Assembly (NCBI GenBank): GCA_000934665.2
Contig: KZ538567.1
Span: 1 to 61,084 of the forward strand
Origin: Catajapyx aquilonaris
Lineage: Eukaryota
Reading direction: 5' to 3'
DNA length: 61,084 nucleotides
Positions 1-12,109 of this stretch are shown here, piece by piece. A program made the translations under genes and the position numbers. The notes beneath the pieces were generated by a model, which saw nothing but the letters and a program-made list of their open reading frames with translations, had not been told where the DNA came from and searched no databases. Numbering within the stretch: position 1 is the first letter of the stretch; the number at the start of each line of letters is the position of its first letter.

Positions 1-138
1 CGCGAGGTCCCGCGACGTGGCGGCTATCCTGAGGCGAGCTCGCCAGCTTCTGGCGACCTAGCGGCAAGCTCGCGGCTATGTTAAATTTTGGTAAGGGTGT
101 AGTTGGAGAGGAGTGGATAGGCGATAGGAGAACAAGCC

Positions 139-3100
139 ATGGCCCCCGTGGACAGGGAGTTGATGATGGAGACAGTCTTTGACATCAAGCGTCTCCTGCT
201 GGAGGATGTGTTGCCCCGACTGGCCTCACTGGAACCGATCCCGATCCGAATGGAGATGCTGGAGAATGGTGTGGGCGCCCTTAAGGAGTGGGCCTGGTGT
301 GGGGGGTGCAGGGTGACGAGTGAAGAGGAGGAAGTGGGTGAGTTGAAGATGGACTTGCATTTTTATGGGGCCCGCCATTATGGTGCATATTTTGATAACC
401 TTTTCTTTCTAATGTGTTCTTGTAATATTATTTGCCATATGTCGATCGATGGTCATCATCATCACCACATGTAAATGCCTCTATGGGGATGACATGTAAA
501 TATGAGAGTGCTGAGAATGAAGGTGTGACTAGAATGTGCTGTATCCCATCAGTTGCAGACGACAATCCAAGCAGCATGCCTTCTGAAGACCTCACTCCAG
601 TCAATGCCCATGTTGACAGTGGAGATACATCAGTGCCTGTGGACTACAAAAATTTTGCATTGGAACAGTGCGAGACTGAGGAGATCACAGGGGAGAATGA
701 GGGCCGTCAATTCCGTGAGAGTTGGGTGAGGATGAAATTGCTTATTTATGTGGTCACCAGGTCAAATGAAATGGCGCTGTCAAAAGGGGGATAAAGGGGT
801 TTAACAGGCGTTGTAAGTTGATCATATTTTTTTTGTACAACTAGGACATGACAAGTAGGTTTCTATGCACAAATCATCGCAACATTTGTACAGATGTGCA
901 GTCTGTGCAGTCACATACCTGTATCATTATTGTAGCCTGCTAAATGTTGTATAATTAGTGGTGCACAGTGATGCAAGTTAAAAAGGAACAGCATGAATCC
1001 ACGATGTAGCCTAATCTGAAACATAATGTTTAGTTGCAAAGAAACATTTTAATCACGCACTTATCTCCTAAAGAGGTGCTGTTGTGAATTTTAATGTGGT
1101 TTTCAGTCAATTGACATGGGAAGAAGATTTCTCTTATCAATATTGGTAGTGAAGTAATTGCTGAAGCCCAGTGAACATTATTTACTTATCTGAGTGATGG
1201 TGTCATTGCAATAGCATGTGTTGATAAGTGTTATATATAATAACAACAGATAACATCATTTTTATTGTGAAGTCTTTGTCTAATGCTAATAGGAAATATT
1301 GTAAGTTAAATGGTAACATGTTATATTTCCCTCTAATGGAAGAATCAACACTGGGAATCTGAAGAAGACGGAGCATCCAGAAACACTGGTGAAATGCCTG
1401 TCCTCCTGAGTGAGATTCAGTCAGATTGCAATGCAGAAGCTGGCAGTGTAGCAAACACAGGTATGATTGTGATTCGGGCAGAGCGGGGCAGAGTTTATCA
1501 TTATTTGACTGACAACTTCCAGGGGGAACTGCTGCCTGTAGTACAGCAGATCACTTCATGTGGAGATGGCATATAAGTATGGCCAGCATTGCTGGGATAA
1601 CACATTGTATAAAATGTTCCGGCATGAAACATCTCTCTGCATACATGGCCTTGTTTTGTGTGTTAACTAGTTAACACACAAAACAAGGTCATGTTAATGT
1701 TATGACTTACGAGCAAGTCCAATGGCCGTAGGAGGAAGTGTGTTCAGTGATGAAATAGTAAAGCCCCGTTTTATACATGTGAGGGATTTGACCAGCGAAG
1801 CAGAGCGAAGTCATGGCCGAGTGACATAACAAATATTGTTTGAGTTGAAAGTAACAATCGATTTTCGCGTACAACAATTAACAGGTTATTAGGGTTACTC
1901 AGCTTTGTTATTGCCGGAGATGACATCGCATGATCAAATCGCTCATATGTAAACACACATTAATAGCCTGTTTCGTGGTTTATTTATAGTATTTCCTTTT
2001 CTTTATAATTTAAATATTTTAACATTTGAATGTTTTTGCAGGCCTAGAAGCTGCCTCCACATCTGGAGAGGTCGTTGAAGATTCTCCCAGATTCTCCACC
2101 CATGATGGTGGAAACTCGCATCAGGAAGCACAACACTACTGGAACATGCAAAATATTGACGTATGGGAAATTTTGTTATTTTTTGTTATTTGTTATTTTT
2201 TGTTATTTTTTAAAATGGATGCTGGAGGCAGCTGTGGCATGCTGTCCCTTCATATGAATAGTGGCCAGTTGTTGCATTGAAACATGTTCCGCAAATAATA
2301 TTGATAGCAGATAATAATTATGTGAGGGAATTTTTACAATGTGGGGCCTTAATACACCACTTATTATAGTGAATGATTGAGTGGAATTAGATCGCCCATA
2401 ACTTGGTTTTTGTATTTGGCAGTCTCCTGCACATGCAGACACAGAGGACAATTATATGCCCATGCCTGATTTGAGTCATTATGCAGATGAATGTATGCGA
2501 CCGTGTTGCTCAGGTGACAATGCTCCTGCTGTCATGAGTGTGAAGAGGAAAAATCGGAAAGGAGAAGTACGCATGTTGTAAATAACAAGATAAGCATGTT
2601 GCAATCATGATTGTACATTACGACCTATTATTTTACTGCCCTAGGGTGCTGCTTCAGAAGCTTCTAGTGGCTCTGAACCTGATGGGGGTGAATCCATGCC
2701 ATCCGCTGCAGCTGACCCATCAAGTGAACCATCTCCTGGGCCAAGCAGAAGGGTGAGTAGGAAGAAACAAGTGTTGGTAAGCAACATTATGGGAGAAAAG
2801 TGGAAAATTCTTGGTTGCAAATGTATCACTTGTAGCCGTGAAGGTTTAACCATTACAACCTGCTTTGTTGGATTGCCATATGTATATTTTTTTGTATCTC
2901 ATAAGTACAATTTGAATATAAGGCAACCAGAATTGACAGATGTTGTACTCATATCCTTGATGGGGGATTCTGGGGGTGGAGGGTAGTGTAATTGGGCCTT
3001 TGGAAGTAATTTTTTATCATGATATCTTAGGCCACACTATTATTTTACTGCCCTAGGGTGCTGGTTCAGAAGTCTCCAGTGGATCTGAACCTGATGCGGA

Positions 3101-5652
3101 TGAGCCCATGCCATCTACTCCAGCTGATCCATCCAGTGAGCCATCTCCTGGCCCAAGCAGAAGTGTGACCAGGAACAAAGGAGCGCCTGTGAGTGAAAAA
3201 AAGGAAATGTTTTCCATTTTCTGCAGTGAGGAAGACATTATTTGGCTACATTGCAAAACTTGCATTCGTTTTCAATCAATCAATCAATCATGTACATCAT
3301 GGCATCTTCCCGTTATGGGGTTGCCAGCGAAGGCCAGGTACATTCGCCTATGGTCATCTCATGCATGGAGGAAATTGCTTTGATCCTTTGTAATGTTTAG
3401 GGGCTCAGAGCAGGCTGAATATGGGATTGGTCACACTCTACTACACTCTGTGAAGCAGATAAACTGGCATAATTGTTCTCATAGCCCTGTCCGCCTGTGC
3501 TCGCACATTTTTCACCATAGCATTATTTTAGTGCAGTACCAGATGCAGTAAAGAAAATTTGAAAATGATCAAATTTATGGAAACCTAACCCGGTTATTGT
3601 GCCATGCCAGCCACCTTCGGTTATACTGGGTCGACTTCATTTTATACCGAAATGCCGCTTTAAGTTAAGTAATATGGCAATTGGATCAGGGGAACTGCAG
3701 TACATAATTATTGCTACAATAAGTGATTATCTGACATGTTATTTATATGAAATTACATCCGTCATTAAGAACTTAAAATACGTCACTAGTAGCAAAAGAT
3801 TCAGGGTGGATTTAGATGTTCTTTATCACTGATTCCACATGTTGCAGGCTCCTGTGCACAAGGACACAGATGACAGTGAGCAGTCCTTTTCTGATCCGAG
3901 TGATTCTGGTGATGAATATATTCCTCCACATAGCTCACATGACAATACCTGTGCTGCCTTGAAGAGGAAGAGGAAGAAGCGGAAAGAAGATGTATGTTTT
4001 TGCTCAATTTATTATTTAGGAGCCATAAAGGTTGCAATTGCCTTTAGGCGATAGGGGAGTTATTTCTGATTCTTAAGGCTGTTCTTGAATCACACATACG
4101 AGCAGAGGAGGGGGCGGAAGGTTACATCCATGGAATGTGGCATAACCAGATCTACCCATAAAACATTATTTATTTTATTTTATTTTATTTTATTTTATTT
4201 TATTTTATTTACCCCGTGATGCAACCCTAGGCCGCTTTAGGGGGGTGGCAGACCACCATACAGTTTTCTCTTGCGTTTACTTCAATCACCGGTGCAAGGA
4301 ATACTAGGAAATTGGGTAAGGGTAGGGGATTGGGGAGGCAACACATGTGCACGTGCATTGTCCAGTGGTGGGCCAGGTGCAGTCCCCCAGGAGGTCAGGT
4401 TGCCAAGACGCCTCCTTAGGCGCGGGTCACGACCCAATGACGCAAGCGAAAGGTTTGTTCCCGGGTGGGGATTTGAACCCGGGACCTTTCGCATAGCAAG
4501 CCGAGACGTTACCATCTCGGCCACCGTGCCTCCCCCCCCATAAAACATTATCAGTTGCATTCATAGTCAGCACGTAATGTGAACTAGATCACTCTGTACT
4601 AAAATCCTTAGGCAAATAGTGTTCAATGGTTAAACTCCAATAACTTTACAGTTGAAAGTTGGAAAATTTAATTGGAGATGCTGAAAGAGGAGAGCCCAAG
4701 TGAAATTATATGAATCCTACACCTGTCCATCATATGGCTGCTGTCTTGGAATTGGGAGTGAACCGCTGTTCAAAAATGAGCTGCAGATTTTGGTGGATCA
4801 GATAAGCTTAGAACTTGAAGTTTTTGTTTTGTTTTGCTTTGTTTGGTTTTTTTGGCTCAAGCTACCACTTGATTCAAGATTGCATTTGAGCTGTGTTGGT
4901 GTGAAGGTCAAGATTTCCATTTTGATTTTGCTTGCCATGATTGGATCAATGAACAACTCTAAGACCTTTTTGAATGTGTGTTTCATTTGTGCAGTAGTAA
5001 TGTTGAATTTCTTTTAAAGGATATCTGCAAAATGCAGTCAGATGAAATGAATACTTCGAGAACCACTGGAGCCTTTCATATGGATGGTGCAACTTCAGGT
5101 GATTTGTATCTGGGCTTGAAAAAGAATGTGACACCAAGGGAAACGACAGCAAACAAGAAGAAGTCAGAATCAGTCCACACTCAAGTGAAGCAGAAGTTGA
5201 CTGGCCATGAAAGTCTCAGATCTGATGATGGATCTTACCCATGCAGTGATTGTGATAAGAGGTATATTACAAAGTGGGGGTTACAAAGGCATTGCAAGGA
5301 TGTCCATCTTGGTGTTAAGCCTTACTCATGTGACATGTGTGATAGGAAATTTTCTAGGGAGTATGAGATGGTTGTTCACAGGAGGACCCACACAGGAGAA
5401 AAACCTTACCAGTGTGAATGGTGCGAAAAATGTTTTTCTTCAAGTTCTCATTACCACCTTCATGTTCGGGTTCACAAAGGATTGAAACCATTTCACTGCA
5501 CCACTTGTGGCAGAAGATTTGGTCAGTCAGCACACTTACACCAGCACATGTTAATTCACTCAGGCGAGAAGCCTTTTGAATGCAGTACTTGTGGCAAAAG
5601 ATTTGTTCGTAGGGGGACACTTACACCGGCACATGTTAATTCACTCAGGTGA
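139..5652 (+). CDS. C2H2 zinc-finger protein, tandem copy 1 (multi-exon; finger array truncated by a frameshift)
   Basis: Phase-consistent GT-AG exons read by eye: 139-337, 553-725, 1343-1460, 2042-2160, 2423-2566, 2645-2776, 3057-3188, 3848-3991, 5020-5652. The last exon encodes CxxC-x12-H-x3/4-H fingers with TGEKPY/SGEKPF linkers. Four fingers are intact before a +1 G in the run at 5612-5616. Confidence 0.8.
1762..1960. mobile_element. PIF/Harbinger-like MITE in a copy 1 intron
   Basis: TAA duplicated at 1759-1761 and 1961-1963. Imperfect inverted ends (tacatgtgagggatttgacca / tgatcaaatcgctcatatgta). The paralogous site in copy 2 (~8881-8900, gatgaaagagTAAtagcctg) is empty. Confidence 0.75.
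3273..3660 (-). mobile_element. Probable retroposon (LINE/SINE) 3' fragment with a (TGAT)n tail
   Basis: (caat)n at 3273-3289 begins a block absent from the copy 3 intron. The 5' boundary is uncertain. Confidence 0.4.
4170..4536 (-). mobile_element. Full-length tRNA-derived SINE
   Basis: Minus-strand head GGCACGGTGGCCGAGATGGT...CTTGCTA...GGGTTCAAATCCC (Pol III A and B boxes, TGC anticodon-like loop). (AAAAT)n tail. Perfect 15-bp TSD cccataaaacattat at 4155-4169 and 4537-4551. Confidence 0.92.
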
Positions 5653-5911
5653 GAAACCCTTTGAATGTAGCACTTGTGGCAAAAGATTTAGTCGGTCAGC
5701 ACACTTACACCAGCACATGTTAATTCACTCTGGTGAGAAGCCTTTTGAATGTAACACTTGTGGCAAAAGATTTGTTCGTAGAGGACACTTACACCAGCAT
5801 ATGGTAATTCACTCAGGTTAGAAGCCTTTTGAATGTAGCACTTGTGGGAAACAGTTCATCCAAGAAGTAAGAATGCAGACACATGTAAAATCAATGCATA
5901 CAGGTGTGTAG
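5612..5911 (+). pseudogene. Out-of-frame remainder of the copy 1 finger array (rest of finger 5 plus fingers 6-8)
   Basis: cgtagggggacactta versus cgtagaggacactta in the later finger shows a 1-nt insertion. The GEKP linker carries GAG>TAG at 5819-5821. The last finger CSTCGKQFIQEVRMQTHVKSMH ends at TAG 5909-5911. Confidence 0.8.
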
Positions 5912-6799
5912 GATAAAAAGGACAATATTATTTTTTTTCGCCCAACCCCTGAGGAAATTATTGCATGATTAGTAGCATATCCGATCATTAACAACAAGTA
6001 AGATTCACAATCACTGAAATTTGGAGCAGCAGTACTAATTTAATTCCCTGACCATTAAATGGTGCTCATGTGATTATGAGCAACCTTTGATTTTTTTAAA
6101 GGCAGGAAGTAACCACATCCAAACAATATTGCAAATTGTTTGGCACTGAAGTGTGCTATGATGGATATCCAAAATTGGGTCATATATGATCCTGGGTTCA
6201 CATTCAGAAATAATAAGTACCTTTGTATGCAAGTGTTTCCAATGCGAAGATGTACAAAAGTTTTAATATATACAATGAATGTCTGGAAGAAATCTGCTGG
6301 TATATTTTTACCAGCAATGTTTATATGTATAAATACATATACGTGTAATGCAGGAGTAGGGTACATATGCCAAGCAGGTACTAATGACCCTGTTTTTTGC
6401 TATATACTCATGATTAGAATATGTTGAAGAATTTGCGTGATTGTGCAATAATTGATAATATTGTCAAAAATATATTTAGATGTATAGTGAATGTAACAGT
6501 CTGGTCATTTCTTCATTTTGATGCTGTATTAGGAAATGTCACTGGTGACTTCACAAATTGTTTTAGACCTCCCATTTAACTCCATCCATATCTGGTTTAA
6601 AAAAAACTCGTATGTAATATCTCATAATTCTAATAAATAAACTATACTTATGAATTTTTGCATTTTTGGGCGGTAAAATAAGCAACTTATGAGTGGTGCT
6701 TGAAGATAAGCAGTCTCCGTAACGGTTATTTTCAGCAGTCATTTGAGGACATTGCATTTTGCCTTAAGCGTTAGTTGTTATATTAGTTCTTGATATAGC

Positions 6800-6860
6800 T
6801 GCTTTTCCTGTACGCGATTTTCTCCCCACCCTGAATCCAAAATGGCGTCTTTCTCGTTCT
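6800..6860 (+). promoter_or_regulatory. Probable promoter/TSS region of ZF copy 2 with YY1-like motif; paralogous site at ~11970-12005
   Basis: ccaaaatggcg at ~6837-6847 (ccaacatggc in copy 3), 110-160 bp upstream of the ATG, in sequence conserved between copies 2 and 3. Confidence 0.4.
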
Positions 6861-7000
6861 GAAAGTGACAGTCTGTTGAGAGGATTTTGTCCGTTTTTGA
6901 GACGTGGTTGTGGGTAGAACCGGGTTGGATCGAAGCACAGGGTCTCTCTCTTTAGAGTCAGGGTATAGTTGAAGAGGAGTCGATAGGGGAACAAGCCATC

Positions 7001-10000
7001 ATGGCCCCCGTGGACCTGGAATTGATGATGGAGAATATCTCGGCCATGAAGAGTCTCCTGGAGATGCTCGTGCCTCGACTAGACAAATTGGAACTGATCA
7101 TGCCCAGACTGGACACTCTGGAGGAAGGTGTGGGCGCCCTGAAGGAATGGGCCTGGTGTGGTGGGTGCAGAATAAGTGAAGAGGAGGAAGAGGGTGAGTT
7201 GAAGGGGGACCTGCATTTTTAGGGGTCTTGACACCCGAGATGGTGTGCTTGGAAGGAAAGTGTTCGCAACATGTTCTAACAATAAAGGTATAGGAAGAAA
7301 AAGCCAGTGGTAATTATGATGATGAGTTGAGTTGAAAAGTCTCCCCTGATCACCAGATTGCTGGGAGGATTTCTCATTTTGGATATGGGTTTGCTGTATA
7401 CCCACTATGTTCGCTTGGGTTTTTATGGTTTTGTTCCAATTTCCTTCAACTGTAGCATTCCCTGACCATATTGAGGCTAACAATAATAAAATATCTGGCC
7501 AACGAAAATCAAATAATCGACAAGTTTGAACGCATTTTGGTGCACGTTGATAACCTTTTCCATCCAATGGGTTCATGTAATATTATTTGCCATATATAGA
7601 TGACCATCATTGTCATCAGATGTAAATGCCTCTATGGGTGTGACATGTAAATATGAGAGTGCTGAGAATGAAGGTGTGACTAGAATGTGCTTTATCCCAT
7701 CAGTTGCAGACGACAATCCAAGCGGCATGCCTTCTGAAGACCTCACTCCAGTCAATGCCCATGTTGACAGTGGAGATACATCAGTGCCTGTGGACTACAC
7801 AAATTTTGAATTGGAACAGTGCGAGACTGAGGAGATCACAGGGGAGAATGAGGGCCCTGAATTCCTTGAGAGTTGGGTGAGGATGAAATTAGTGCCTATT
7901 TATGTGGTCAAGAGGTCAAATGAAATGGCCAGGACAAAAGGGGGTTACAGATGTTTGACAGGCGTTGTAAGTTGACCATATTTTTTTTGTACATCTAGGA
8001 CATGACAAGTAGGTTTCTATGCACAAATCATCGCAACATTTGTAAAGATGTGTAGTCTGTGCAGTCACATACCTGTATAGCCCTCTAAAAGTTGTATAAT
8101 TAGTGGTCCACAGTGATGCAAGTTAAAAAAGGAGGAGAATGAATTCATGATGTGTAGCCTAATGTGAAACATTCGGTTTAGTTGCGAAAAAACATTTTAA
8201 TCACGCAATTATCTCATAAAGAGTGCTGGTGTGATTTTAATTTGGTTTTCAGTCAAATTGACAAGGGAAGAAGATTTTCCTTATCAATTTTGGTAGTGAA
8301 GTTATTGCTGAATGAACATTATTCTTTATACTTACATCGGTGCATGTGTCGGTGTGACGGTGTCATTGCAATAGAACATGTTGATAAGTGTTATAATCAC
8401 AGATAACATCATTTTCATTGTGAAGTCTTTGTCTAATGCTAATATAAAGAAATTGTTAGTTAAATGGTAACATGTTATATTTCCCTGTAAGACTGGGTAT
8501 CTGAAGGAGACGGAGCATCCACAAACATTGGTGATATGCCTGTCCTCCTGAGTGAGATTCAGTCAGATTGCAATGCAGAAGCTGGCAGTGTGGCCAACAC
8601 AGGTATGATTGTGATTCGGGCAGAGCGGGGCAGAGTTTATCATAATTATTTGACTGACAACTTCCAGGGGGAACTGCGCTCTGCCTGTAGTACAGCAGAT
8701 AACTTCATGTAGAGATGGCATATAATTATGGCTAGCATTTTTGAGATAATGGGGTTTATACACAGTGTATGAAATGTTCCGGCATGAAAGCATCTCTCTG
8801 CATACATGGCCTTGTTTTGTTTGTTAGGTATGTTAGTGTTATGAACAATTCCAATGGTCGTAGGAGGCAGTAGGTTCAGTGATGAAAGAGTAATAGCCTG
8901 TTTCAGGGTTTATAGAATTTCCTTTTATTTATAATTTAAATATTTTAACATTTGAATATTTTTGCAGGCCGAGAAGCTGCCTCCTCATCTGGAGAGGTCC
9001 TTTCCGAAGATCCTCCCAGATTCTCCACCCTTGATGGTGGAAACTCGAATAAGGAAGCGGAACACTGGAACATGCAAAATGTTGAGGCATGGGAAATTTT
9101 GTTATTATTTTTAATGTATGCTATTATGCATGGTGGGGGCCTGTGGCATCCTTGTCCCTTCATATGAATATTGTAGTGGCCTGTTGTTGCATTGAAACAT
9201 GTTCCACAAATATTATTGGCAGCAGATGATAATATGTGAGGGAATTTTTACAATGTGGAGCCTTAATACACCACTTATAGTGAATGATTGAGTGGAATTA
9301 GATCGCCCATAACTTGGTTTTTGTATTTGGCAGGCTCCTGCACACGCAGACACAGAGGGCAGTTATATGTCCATGCCTGATTTGAGTCAGTATACAGATG
9401 AATGTATGCGGCCGGGTTGCTCAGGTGACAACCCCCCTGCTGTCATGAGTGTGAAGAGGAAAAAGCGGAAAGGAAAAGTACATATGTTATTGTAAATAAG
9501 AAGATTATGCATGTTACCTGATTGTACGTACATTACGACCTGTATTCAGAGTCAACACTTGGTGTGCGAACTGGACCACTCTAAAGCTTTTAATATACTT
9601 AAGAGTATATTACTGGTGCTGAGTCAGGCCATTGTAGTTCCTCTCATTCAGACCCATCTCCATGTGCACCAATTTATTGTACTGCTCTAGCGTGGGGCAC
9701 CATTGCCATAATTATATTAACCACATTGATTGCCTCAGAATATGTGCACATTCATTGGAATATACTTTGCCCTTTAACTATCAAAACTTGCTTTGTTGGA
9801 TTGCCATATGTTAAGTACAATCTGAATATAATGCAATCAGAATTGACAGATGTGGGACTCATTTTTTGGATGAGGGATTCTGCAGGCAGAAAGTGGTTGT
9901 GCCTTTGTCAGTAATTTTTTATCACGATATCTTAGGCCACACTATTATTTTACTGCCCTAGGGTGCTGCTTCAGAAGTCTCCAGGTGCTCTGAACCTGAT

Positions 10001-11148
10001 TGGGATGAATCCATGCCATCTGCTGCAGCTGACACATCAAGTGAACCATCTCCTGGCCCAAGCAGAAGGGTGACTAGGAAGAGACAAGTGTTGGTAAGCA
10101 ACATTATGGGAGAAGAGGGGAAAATTCTTGGTTGAAAGTGTATCACTTGGAGCAATGGAGGATTAAGTGGAATTAGACATTCCTTGCCTTTTCTCTGCAT
10201 TTTGCAGACTCCTATGTACGAAGACACAGAGGACAGTGACCAGTCCTAGCCTAATATTAGTGACTCTGGGGATGAATGTATTCCTCCATGTCTCTCAAAT
10301 AACAAAGCCAATGCTCTCCTGAATAGGAGGAGAACATTTTTATATTTATGGGAGTATTTATATTGATTTAAGATTGCCTTTGAGCTGTGTTGGTGTGAAG
10401 TAAGGTCCAGATTTCCATTGATTTTGCTTGCCATGATTGGGTCAATGAACAACATTAATACTAAGACTTTTTTTGATAGTGTTTTAAATTTGGGCAGCAG
10501 TAATATAATGTTCCATATTATTTAAAGGATACCTGCAAAATGCAGTCAGATGAAAGAAATACTTCGAGAACCACTGGAGACTTTCATAGGGATGGTGCAA
10601 CTTCAGGTGATCTGTTTGTGGGCTTGAAAAAGAAACCAAGGGGAAAAACAACAAACAAGAAGAAGTCAGGAACAGTCCACACTCAAGTGAAGCATAAGTT
10701 TACTAGTCAGGAACTCCGATCAGATGGTGGGCCTTACCCATGCAGTGATTGTGATAAGAGGTATACTACAAAGAAGGGGTTACGAAGGCATTGCAAGGAT
10801 GTCCATCTTGGTGTTAAGCCTTATTCATGTGACATGTGTGACAAGAAATTTGTTTGGAAGTCTCACATGGTTGTTCACAGGAGGAGTCACACAGGAGAAA
10901 GGCCGTTCCAGTGTGAATGGTGCGAAAAATGTTTTGATTCAAGTTCTCATTACCACCGCCATGTTCGGATTCACAAGGGATTGAAACCATTTCACTGCAC
11001 CACTTGTGGCAAAAGATTTGGTCGGTCAGGAACCTTACGCCAGCACATGTTAATTCACTCAGGTGAGAAGCCTTTTGCATGCAGCACTTGTGGGAAAAAT
11101 TTCAACCGGAAAGCTCACATGCAACGCAATATGAAATTAGTGCATTAG
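7001..11148 (+). CDS. C2H2 zinc-finger protein, tandem copy 2 (possibly pseudogenising)
   Basis: Paralogous exons 7001-7193, 7704-7876, ~8492-8602, 8968-9086, 9334-9477, 9962-10093, 10528-11148. Four intact fingers plus a last finger lacking its first His. Lesions: shortened exon 3 acceptor region, GC donor at 9087, and an in-frame TAG (10247-10249) in a skippable exon starting at 10208. Confidence 0.7.
7225..7545 (-). mobile_element. Possible decayed non-LTR retrotransposon APE-endonuclease fragment in intron 1 of copy 2
   Basis: Block absent from copies 1 and 3. Minus-strand peptides NIVGIQQTH (cf. DIxxLQETH) and LVIRGDF (cf. GDFN) occur in different frames. Confidence 0.35.
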
Positions 11149-12109
11149 ACGAGGCATCAAGTTGTATATGAAGAGTAAAAAATCCCATGACAACTGCAAA
11201 TTCTGTGAAAATTCTTGTAATATTCATCACATATCTGGAAGTTTCATTATTCACCAAATTTTTAACCAGCAGCACGTTTCAATACCATCAGGACTGATCG
11301 TAATTGGAGGGAAATATGGACACCCCATTCGCAGAGTTGTTTCCTTGGTTGTTGCCTCCTCTGTTGCTACCTTGCTATGCAGGTTATATGAAAATGTTGA
11401 AACGTTTGTTGAAAATGAGCATGCCAATGTAACAGTTCACTTGCAACTGTACCTGCTGAGAAAGTACATCATTATTGCACCTCATGACATTTGGTTGGTG
11501 GCTGTTCAATTCATGTTGTTTTAACAAGTGTAGAATCTCTTTTATTCCACAGCACAACCCAACAATAATTTTTGTCATACCATAGAAAATGTATTGTGGA
11601 ATAAATAAAGCTTTCAAAGTCACACTGACTTTGAGTTTCACTCTTTATTTGTTTACCCTGTTTAGATCAAAACAATCATAATAATTTTGCAAATATGAAT
11701 TTTTGTGGTAGGCCTATTCTTGATTTTTTTTTAAATGCAGCACAGCAAAAATATTACTAAGCTAAGAATAAAGGTCAATGATTTTCATACCCTTTGTTTG
11801 CCATGGTTGGATTAAAAACACCCAACAAATATGTCACATGCCATTAGTTTCAATAACGGTTTATTTTTAAGCTGTTATCCCACCCCATTAGGAAATCGCC
11901 ACTTCCATAAAGCGCTATCTGTTGTATTAGTTCTTAATAGCCGCTTTTCATTGGCCCTAACAGCTACGGGATTTTCTCCACATCCTGAATCCAACATGGC
12001 ATCAGTTGCGAGGATTTTCATTTCTTTGAGACGTTTGTAGTTGTCCTGGTTGTGGGTGGAACAGAGTCACAAGTCGTCAAGTGTCGGGGAGTTGCAGAGA
12101 GGAGCCACC

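Noticed and set aside
4460..4530. Functional tRNA-Ala gene on the minus strand
   Set aside because: No convincing acceptor stem, and it is embedded in a unit with a tail and TSD, so it is a SINE head.
5540..5850. 84-bp repeats as a non-coding array
   Set aside because: They are the zinc-finger coding units.
11162..11641. ORFs downstream of ZF copy 2
   Set aside because: No ATG context, splice structure or recognisable motif; probably an inserted or decayed fragment replacing the 3' UTR.
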